This document shows, piece after piece, positions 1-6,491 of a stretch of DNA of 14,204 nt. The notes beneath the pieces are model-generated. The model had not been told where the DNA came from. It did not search any database and saw only the letters and a program-made list of their open reading frames with translations. Position numbers and translations under genes: made by a program. The DNA is from Promethearchaeota archaeon (GTDB lineage Archaea; Asgardarchaeota; Lokiarchaeia; Sigyniarchaeales; SOKP01). Each line of letters begins with the position of its first letter. The first letter of the stretch is position 1. The stretch covers positions 1-14,204 of the forward strand of contig JAUVNS010000036.1 of assembly GCA_030599585.1 (NCBI GenBank). The letters run 5' to 3'.

Positions 1-141
1 ATGGCAAAGAAAGATGTGAAAGAAGTGTCAAGTAAAGGTGGTTTTACAAAGCCAGCAATTGATTATAGAAATAGTTACCGTCCAAATATGAAATTATTTC
101 AAAAAGGGAAGGAAATACCCAAAAAGAAGAAAAAAAAATAG
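1..141 (+). CDS. Small basic hypothetical protein, or 3' end of a gene entering the window (46 aa, poly-Lys tail)
   Basis: Frame 1 is open from base 1 (ATG) to TAG at 139-141: MAKKDVKEVSSKGGFTKPAIDYRNSYRPNMKLFQKGKEIPKKKKKK. Upstream context is not visible and it is not in the ORF track. Confidence 0.4.
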   Translation: MAKKDVKEVSSKGGFTKPAIDYRNSYRPNMKLFQKGKEIPKKKKKK

Positions 142-304
142 TTATTTATAAGATTCCATATAGGATTGAGTCCAATACCGCCACGAGAGAGCTTGAGAGC
201 AATCTAAAAAATAATTTGATGTTAAAGTATGAAATCTTAAAAGAGATTAACGAGTTTAATTACTCGATAATATATGAGAATATAGAATCAAATCTGAATT
301 ATAC

Positions 305-335
305 TTGACAAAAAGCTAGTTAGACTAGCTAAAAT
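305..335 (+). promoter_or_regulatory. Perfect inverted repeat AGCTAGT-tag-ACTAGCT (314-330), operator-like, between TTGACA (305-310) and TAAAAT (330-335)
   Basis: Read directly from sequence, about 80 nt upstream of the 405/414 ORF. The -35/-10 spacing is 19 nt (suboptimal), so the promoter call is weaker than the palindrome. Confidence 0.35.
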
Positions 336-404
336 AAGTAATATTTTTTAAATCAATTTCAATTTTAAGATTATGGACAAAAGTGGTAAATATTCTTTAA
401 TTAA

Positions 405-800
405 GTGATTGTTATGAGCTGGGAAAAAAGAGAGATATTGTTAATTGTAAAAACTTATCCTTTACGTAGTAAAAAGTATGGAAATACTGTATGTACTGCG
501 GGTATATTAGAGAATACTAAAGAATGGGTTCGTTTGTATCCAATAAGATGGGAGAGTTTTGCAAAGCAGAATTTAAAAAAATTTGCTCGTTTTCAAGCAA
601 AAATTAAAAAAGATACTTCAGATTACCTGCACAGAAAGGAATCACATAAAATAAGAGAGGATTCTATCAAAATTATTGATGATAGTTTGACTAAAACTAG
701 TAATGAAGGAGTTTGGGATGAAAGAACAAAGATTATTCAAAAATTATCTTCTAGTTCTGTAGAGGAATTACGAGAGAAATATGAAAATGATAGGACTTGA
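405..800 (+). pseudogene. Probably 3'-truncated conserved hypothetical protein of the 'VKTYP..S.KY..TVCTAG...WVRLYP' family (likely start ATG 414)
   Basis: Motifs ILLIVKTYPLRSKKYGNTVCTAG, EWVRLYPI and D..RKES match a family I recall as about twice this length and often beside DUF488 genes. The ORF stops at ENDRT*, where an 'SLG..KP'-type continuation is expected, and is followed by very AT-rich non-coding DNA. Confidence 0.55.
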
Positions 801-953
801 AAGAAATTAATTATTTTCTAATAAACTATAGTAATTGTGAGATAATTAATTTTACAAAATGAATACAGTCTATTATCAATTAACTATTTAATAATTCAGT
901 TTAATTAAATATCAACATTTTTGTAAATTAAATATAGAATTAATAAACGAGCT

Positions 954-1499
954 ATGGAACTGAATCAGGATATAATTAAAAGATTAGCTTTTATTAAATA
1001 TTATATATATATTAAGTTAGAAGTCCTACGCAGAACAGTAGAACGTTTAAAAGGAAAGAAGATAAAAGAACTTCAAACTGCATTGAAACAGTTGGAGTCT
1101 TGGTTGCCGAAAATTATAGCCCATCAGCGGAATCCCTTCATCCCAACCACCAATAATCTGTTAAAGTCGTATCATAAGAAATACACCTACTATCCGTCGT
1201 TTAAACGGAGCATGATGACGATAAGAGGAGCACAGCGAATCTTAGATTATCGCGTTTTTAGGCACAATTTTGGAAGATTTCCCGTGCATAAAGAGATGTT
1301 TGAAACGAAATTTGAAGAATTTAAAGTCATTTTATCCGAATTACCCGATAAACGCCACATGAGAGCTCAGCATAGATATTTTCAAGCAGAATTTAAGAAG
1401 CTTGATAAGTGGTTCGGAAAATACCAAGAGATTTGGGGCGAATATTTCGCAATTAACAGAGAATGGGACTCAGCGAAAGATTTAAACGCGATCACTTAA
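954..1499 (+). pseudogene. Chimeric ORF: about 17-19 N-terminal codons of an unrelated gene (MELNQDIIKRLAFIKY) fused to the C-terminal part of a DDE-type transposase
   Basis: GC rises abruptly after the (TA)n run at 1002-1012. NPFIPTTNNLLKSYHK resembles the TNNxxExxH/N motif carrying the catalytic Glu of IS256/ISL3/MULE-like transposases, here with Lys (AAG 1164-1166). The earlier catalytic Asp regions are absent. Confidence 0.55.
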
Positions 1500-1513
1500 T
1501 TTTGTAACTACCC
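1013..1513 (+). mobile_element. Insertion sequence remnant (3' half of transposase plus possible right end TTTGTAACTACCC)
   Basis: Transposase-like motif plus compositional shift. 1501-1513 reads GGGTAGTTACAAA on the minus strand, plausible as an IS terminus. No matching left end in the window and the family is not determined. Confidence 0.4.
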
Positions 1514-1616
1514 AAAATTACATAAAGTCAAATAAATGATAATTGTCTACTATTGTCCGACACTCTATCAGTACTATTTACTTAAAAAAAACTTAATAAA
1601 AAAAATCTCTCCAAAT

Positions 1617-1880
1617 TTATTCAGTCGTACCTTCCCCCGTAAGGAAGCGTGCTGCGTTCATTAATATTTTGCAATCACAACATCCCCCGTTTTCTTTGCA
1701 GATTTCTAGTAACTTCTCTTGGTCGATAGGGGATATTCCCATCGATTCAAGTATTTTCCTTGCGTAAAGAAACTCCGAACCTCCGCACTCCCATTCGTCT
1801 CCATTAAATTTGTACTTCCTCTCTAAAGCGTAGAGAAACACATTTAATTGCAACTGGGTGAGTAGGAATCCTTCCATCAT
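1617..1880 (-). CDS. DUF2695-like small Cys-motif protein (87 aa)
   Basis: WEC-x(6)-ARKIL...LLEICKENGGCCDCKILMNA matches the DUF2695 pattern C...GG(Y/F)CDCE(V/I)LxN, with Lys at the Glu position. Confidence 0.7.
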   Translation of the reverse strand: MMEGFLLTQLQLNVFLYALERKYKFNGDEWECGGSEFLYARKILESMGISPIDQEKLLEICKENGGCCDCKILMNAARFLTGEGTTE

Positions 1881-1910
1881 GTGAGATCAAATTTCTTGTT
1901 TTATTTAAAG

Positions 1911-1960
1911 AAAAAGTTACCTCTCTTTCCGAAACCCTAAATAGGATTGAAAGTAACTTT
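1911..1960 (-). terminator. Imperfect stem-loop plus T-tract downstream of the RHS gene
   Basis: AAAGTTAC (1913-1920) pairs with GTAACTTT (1953-1960), with inner TTTC/GAAA and CCT/AGG pairs. On the minus strand it runs into TTTTTCTTT. Confidence 0.3.
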
Positions 1961-1980
1961 ATTTATTATTTTTGTATGGC

Positions 1981-1992
1981 CTCTCAGGAGCG
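1981..1992 (+). repeat. 12-bp GC-rich direct repeat CTCTCAGGAGCG, copy 1
   Basis: Identical to 9707-9718. Confidence 0.5.
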
Positions 1993-2057
1993 TTAAGAAA
2001 ACAAACGGGATGATCGTAAAAGGAAATTATTTCAGATACTATTTAAGAATATTAAAT

Positions 2058-5000
2058 TTATTTGGGGTTACGTTGTTGATCTTCAATCTCCTCTAAGTCA
2101 TCTCTGAGCCCTCCAGGAGTTATTGAAATACCAAGGTCCTTGAATAGATTAAGACTTCTTAGTGCTGCTGACACCGATAATGCACACCCACAAGAAAGGC
2201 CACTATCTCTAGCATCGATGATATACTCAATGAATTTTCGTTGTTCATGAAGGTTTATATTAAAGATGTAAGATTCTATACTGCCATTTTTATAAGAACT
2301 TCTATGATAATTTAAGTAATCCTTTAAAGAAGCATTATACATATGTATGGGTCCTGTTTGTTTATTCCTATTAAAACTTCCATCTATATCCAATAAAATT
2401 GGATTCCCTTCATTTTCAATCCAAATGGCTGTATGATCGTAAAAACTTATTCCAAAATAATCTGACTTAGTAATAAGTACAATTAAATTCCCTCTTTCCC
2501 GTCTACTGCCTTGTAATCCTGATAAATCATGATAATTAATAGGATTATTGAATACATAAGAAAATTGATTATTTATATTATCACAATTAGAAGTACTAAA
2601 ATCTTCACTTGGATCTTGTGAAATCCATCTTCCTAACTTTGGAAAATACCATCTTTCACCAAATTTTATTAATTTTGATAAAAGATCAACTATACCTCCT
2701 TTATAACCCCAGAATTCAAATTTTCCAGCAGGATCTGTCAATGTCATCTCCCCCCATGCATTGTATCGAATATCTACTAATTTATTATTATCACTATTAA
2801 GTAATTGGACAATATCACCTAATCCATTATAGATAGGAAATATTGAGTGTTGATAATTACCTGCTCCAATATTTTCACTATGAATACGTAATAATTTCCC
2901 GTTTGAATCCCAAGTTAAGATCATGAAAGGAGTTAGATATTGATCACGATACAAGACAATGGGTTTGGTAAAAAGATAATTAAATATCGTCGTTTCAGTG
3001 TTGTTTACTTCTCTTTTAGTAAGTTTTCCTTCGAAATCATATTGATATTTAATAATACAAGAATTGTTCTTAAAAATTCGAAGTCTATTAAATCCATCAT
3101 ACCAATATTCATTATTTATTGTTGGAGAAATGAAACTTTTTAAATTGCCTTTTCCGTCATATGTAAGATCTGCTCCAATATTTTCTTCTCTCTTAAGATG
3201 GTTAAGATTGTTATAATTATTCGTCAAGAACCCAGGATATGTGGTTTTATCGATATTATATAATCTATTTCCAGCCCTATCATAATCTATTGAATTGTTT
3301 AAATATTCTTCGTGGATTAATTGCTTAAGCGCATCATAAGAATATAAGTTTGGCTCAAAATTATGAATTTTCCATAGCAAATTATCATCCCGATATTCTA
3401 GCGTTTGAGAGGGGAATATATCTACAGTGGGAGGAGGGGGAGTAGGTGGTATCCAGATATGACTTATTGATGTTAATCGATTTTTCTGGTCATAATCAAA
3501 TTCTGAAATAATGTTAAGAGGATTTGATGTTTCAATTTTATATAAATTCAATACCTTTTTAGTACCACTAATTTTTTGGTAAGTATAGAACCAATCAATT
3601 GGTATATCCCAATGACCGGAATCCTTTAACTCTCTAACTCTTCCAAGAGAATCTAACGTTAAATGTAATATATATATGTCCCTAGGATCCCTTACATCCT
3701 CTAAACGGTCATCATCATCATAGGTAAATTTAAGTTGAAATGAAAGAAGTCCAGATGGAATTGATCTATGAGATTGCCTAAAAGTGAGATTTCCTGATTC
3801 ATCATAACAATAAAATATGTCTCCGGTTATTTCAGAATCATATTGGGAAAGCATTCGCCCAGAATAATCATATCTCATAAAATTTACGATTTTACCTTGA
3901 ACTGGAACATTATTATTATCCATCCAATCAGGTGCTTTTATGGTATGGAGAAAACCTAAATTATGGTATTCATATTTTATCGCTTTATTAGTTCGATCCA
4001 CAATCTGTATTAGTTGCCCAGATTCGTTATATAGATATCTTGTCTTGTTTGGATTATGATTAGTATACCAACTAGTTTTTCTACCTAATTCATCGTACTC
4101 TATTATCAAGTTTAACCCACGTGGATTCGTTAAAGAAGCCAAATTTCCTAAAGTGTTATATGCAAAAATGGTATCTAAATTCGGGAAGGCGGTTATTCCT
4201 GGAAGTGCAGGACGATGTTCGGTAATTTTGTTAAGTCTTAGATTGGAATAATATTCATAGTCAACATAATCGCCAATAGGATCAATAATTCGGGTTATCT
4301 GACCATCTGAACGACGAATGAATGTGGTAACTTTATGTAATTGATCTTCATATTCATTCAACCAACTTCCACAAGGATAATATCGTAATTCAATTATTTC
4401 ATCATTGGGATCTTCAATACTTTTTACCTGACCTTGAGGAAAATATTCAAAGGTAGTTTTATTTGTTTCGGCATCAAGGATGAGACATACATTACCACGA
4501 TCGTTATAAACTGCTTTAGTTTCATTTCCTAAAGGACTTATACATAAAGAAGGTTTAAATTGTTTATGAGGATCGTCACCTACTCGAGCTCCAGTGTCGT
4601 CAAAAAAATCATCATATGAGTATTTCCATTTTTTTCCCCTTTCATTTTCTACTTCTATTAATCTATGAGTGCTTAATTCATAATCTAGAGGCTCTGTAGA
4701 TGTCATAGCCTCATATTTCTTATACTCAAAAGACCTTGATATAATTTTATCATGCTCTTCTTGAAATGTAAGAGGATCATGATTTACTAGTGTTCTAATT
4801 ATATTCTGCTTTTCTTCCTTTTTCAGATCATATCTTATTGGGTTAGTAGGAGATGGATTAATTGGTATATCATAGATATATTTGATATATTTGCCGTCGA
4901 AGTCCCATGTTTGCACTACCTGATTAAAATCATTATAAGAAAATCTTCGAATTCGATTATAAGTTATGGGATGAATTGTTCCATATCTTTTACCATGTAA

Positions 5001-6491
5001 TGGATCTACTTTTTCGGCAATATTATATCTGCCATCATTAGTATATATGTTTTCATATTTTACGATTTGATGATTATTAACATCTCTTTCGACAATCGTT
5101 CCTGCTCCATCTTCCCTATAACCTCTCTCAACTTTAGTCTCAATAAATCTAATATATCGTTTTTTTGTATTTTCAATATCTCTTATATATGTATATTGGC
5201 TGATTTGGTCAATTTTGGCATTTTGAGAAATTTTTACTGATACTTTTCCATTTAGGTGATCATAATTATATTCATAGGTGATACCCACAGGATCGATGAT
5301 TTTATGAATTTTTAATCTTGGATTGAGACGATCATCATTATCTGTTAAGTCTTCAAAATATTCAAATGTTATTATACTTCCTTCAGTATCTTCGATAGCT
5401 GATAATACTCCTGGAAATTGAGGATCATTATAATGATAGATAATTTTACGTCGATTTCCTGCTATACTGCAGGGAAATAATACATTTTCTAATAATTTAA
5501 AGTCACATGATCCATATTTATTTGTAGAATAATGATATTCAAACTTATTATGAGCAGTTTTTGTCTTATCAAAAACTTCATTAACAATCAACCTTCGACA
5601 AAGTCTATTAGTTTTTAAGCCATCAGGAAAGGTTAATTCTTCTCCAAGCTTGATGAGAAATTTTCTTTCTAAGGGATTGGGAAGTGTGGAATCATCAAAT
5701 AATTCATATTCCTTAAAAGGTGGAGTGGTACCTGGAACTGGTTGTAAAGTTATCTTATGTCCTAAACAATCTACAAAATTAGTAACAACAAGTGGGAAAC
5801 CAATATCACGATATTGATTGGAAGGTTCATTATAAAAATAATCAGAATTAATTAAAAATCCAGAGCCGGAGATCGGGGAAAAAATCCATATTTTAGCGTA
5901 TATATTGTCAACTAAAGTCTCGGGATAAAAAAATCCCGTAGTTATTTGGAATGTATCCATTTTAGTTCTTAGTAGAAAATCATCTGGTGTTTGAAGCCAA
6001 TTTAGCTCATTTAATGTTCGCTTAGGAATACCATAAGTCAAAAGAATATTTTCTATAGAGGACTTCTGGTGTATCAAAAAATCAGAATTATTTTGTTCAA
6101 AAAGACTATTAATGCCGGTTTCAGATGTAATGTGTAGTTCTGGAAGAGATGTGCGCCAGATTTCGTCGAGATCAGCTTCATAAGCAAATTGCCAATTACC
6201 AAACCAATGGGGTTTGGGATTGATATTTGGGTAGTTATGTTGATATTGAATTTGCATATGCTGCTCTTGAAGATCATATTTACGATTAATCCCAATGGAG
6301 AATTTATAATAGGGATAAGCCACATCTGTTGTAGAAATAATTAGGTTACCAGTAGAAATATCAATATTAATAGAATGTCCGAATATATTGATATTTGAGG
6401 GGGTCCAATCTCCACTTGCAACAAATGGTGTTTTTCTCTCTTTATCTAAAGTCGGGACTGAAGTGAATTCACGGTCTATTTTTAAAACCAT
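2058..6491 (-). CDS. rhs: RHS/YD-repeat polymorphic toxin (1477 aa): DUF6531-like N-terminus, YD repeats, RHS core, C-terminal putative permuted papain-like toxin domain
   Basis: N-terminal IDISTGNL..TD....SIGINRKY...WFGNWQFAYE (DUF6531-like). Many YD repeats (YNDRGN, YDELGR, YNESGQ, YDYSGR, YDESGN, YDRAGN, YDGKGN, YDFEGK). Core RYNAWGE...GYKGG...RWYFPKLGRWISQDP...YVFNNPINYHDLSGL, then a 151-aa tip (2058-2513). Confidence 0.95.
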   Translation of the reverse strand: MVLKIDREFTSVPTLDKERKTPFVASGDWTPSNINIFGHSINIDISTGNLIISTTDVAYPYYKFSIGINRKYDLQEQHMQIQYQHNYPNINPKPHWFGNWQFAYEADLDEIWRTSLPELHITSETGINSLFEQNNSDFLIHQKSSIENILLTYGIPKRTLNELNWLQTPDDFLLRTKMDTFQITTGFFYPETLVDNIYAKIWIFSPISGSGFLINSDYFYNEPSNQYRDIGFPLVVTNFVDCLGHKITLQPVPGTTPPFKEYELFDDSTLPNPLERKFLIKLGEELTFPDGLKTNRLCRRLIVNEVFDKTKTAHNKFEYHYSTNKYGSCDFKLLENVLFPCSIAGNRRKIIYHYNDPQFPGVLSAIEDTEGSIITFEYFEDLTDNDDRLNPRLKIHKIIDPVGITYEYNYDHLNGKVSVKISQNAKIDQISQYTYIRDIENTKKRYIRFIETKVERGYREDGAGTIVERDVNNHQIVKYENIYTNDGRYNIAEKVDPLHGKRYGTIHPITYNRIRRFSYNDFNQVVQTWDFDGKYIKYIYDIPINPSPTNPIRYDLKKEEKQNIIRTLVNHDPLTFQEEHDKIISRSFEYKKYEAMTSTEPLDYELSTHRLIEVENERGKKWKYSYDDFFDDTGARVGDDPHKQFKPSLCISPLGNETKAVYNDRGNVCLILDAETNKTTFEYFPQGQVKSIEDPNDEIIELRYYPCGSWLNEYEDQLHKVTTFIRRSDGQITRIIDPIGDYVDYEYYSNLRLNKITEHRPALPGITAFPNLDTIFAYNTLGNLASLTNPRGLNLIIEYDELGRKTSWYTNHNPNKTRYLYNESGQLIQIVDRTNKAIKYEYHNLGFLHTIKAPDWMDNNNVPVQGKIVNFMRYDYSGRMLSQYDSEITGDIFYCYDESGNLTFRQSHRSIPSGLLSFQLKFTYDDDDRLEDVRDPRDIYILHLTLDSLGRVRELKDSGHWDIPIDWFYTYQKISGTKKVLNLYKIETSNPLNIISEFDYDQKNRLTSISHIWIPPTPPPPTVDIFPSQTLEYRDDNLLWKIHNFEPNLYSYDALKQLIHEEYLNNSIDYDRAGNRLYNIDKTTYPGFLTNNYNNLNHLKREENIGADLTYDGKGNLKSFISPTINNEYWYDGFNRLRIFKNNSCIIKYQYDFEGKLTKREVNNTETTIFNYLFTKPIVLYRDQYLTPFMILTWDSNGKLLRIHSENIGAGNYQHSIFPIYNGLGDIVQLLNSDNNKLVDIRYNAWGEMTLTDPAGKFEFWGYKGGIVDLLSKLIKFGERWYFPKLGRWISQDPSEDFSTSNCDNINNQFSYVFNNPINYHDLSGLQGSRRERGNLIVLITKSDYFGISFYDHTAIWIENEGNPILLDIDGSFNRNKQTGPIHMYNASLKDYLNYHRSSYKNGSIESYIFNINLHEQRKFIEYIIDARDSGLSCGCALSVSAALRSLNLFKDLGISITPGGLRDDLEEIEDQQRNPK

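Noticed and set aside
75-308. Open frame 3 overlapping the first ORF, possibly joined by slippage at the poly-A (130-138)
   Set aside because: No start codon near its 5' end, no recognisable motif, and A-runs are common here.
798-821. Selenocysteine readthrough of the TGA ending ORF 405-800
   Set aside because: Readthrough adds only KKLIIF before TAA and does not restore the expected family sequence.
2609-3143. Plus-strand ORFs 2609-2800 and 2940-3143
   Set aside because: Short antisense shadows inside the well-supported RHS gene, with no motifs.
6074-6325. 83-aa minus-strand ORF
   Set aside because: Alternative frame wholly within the RHS N-terminal region, with no recognisable features.
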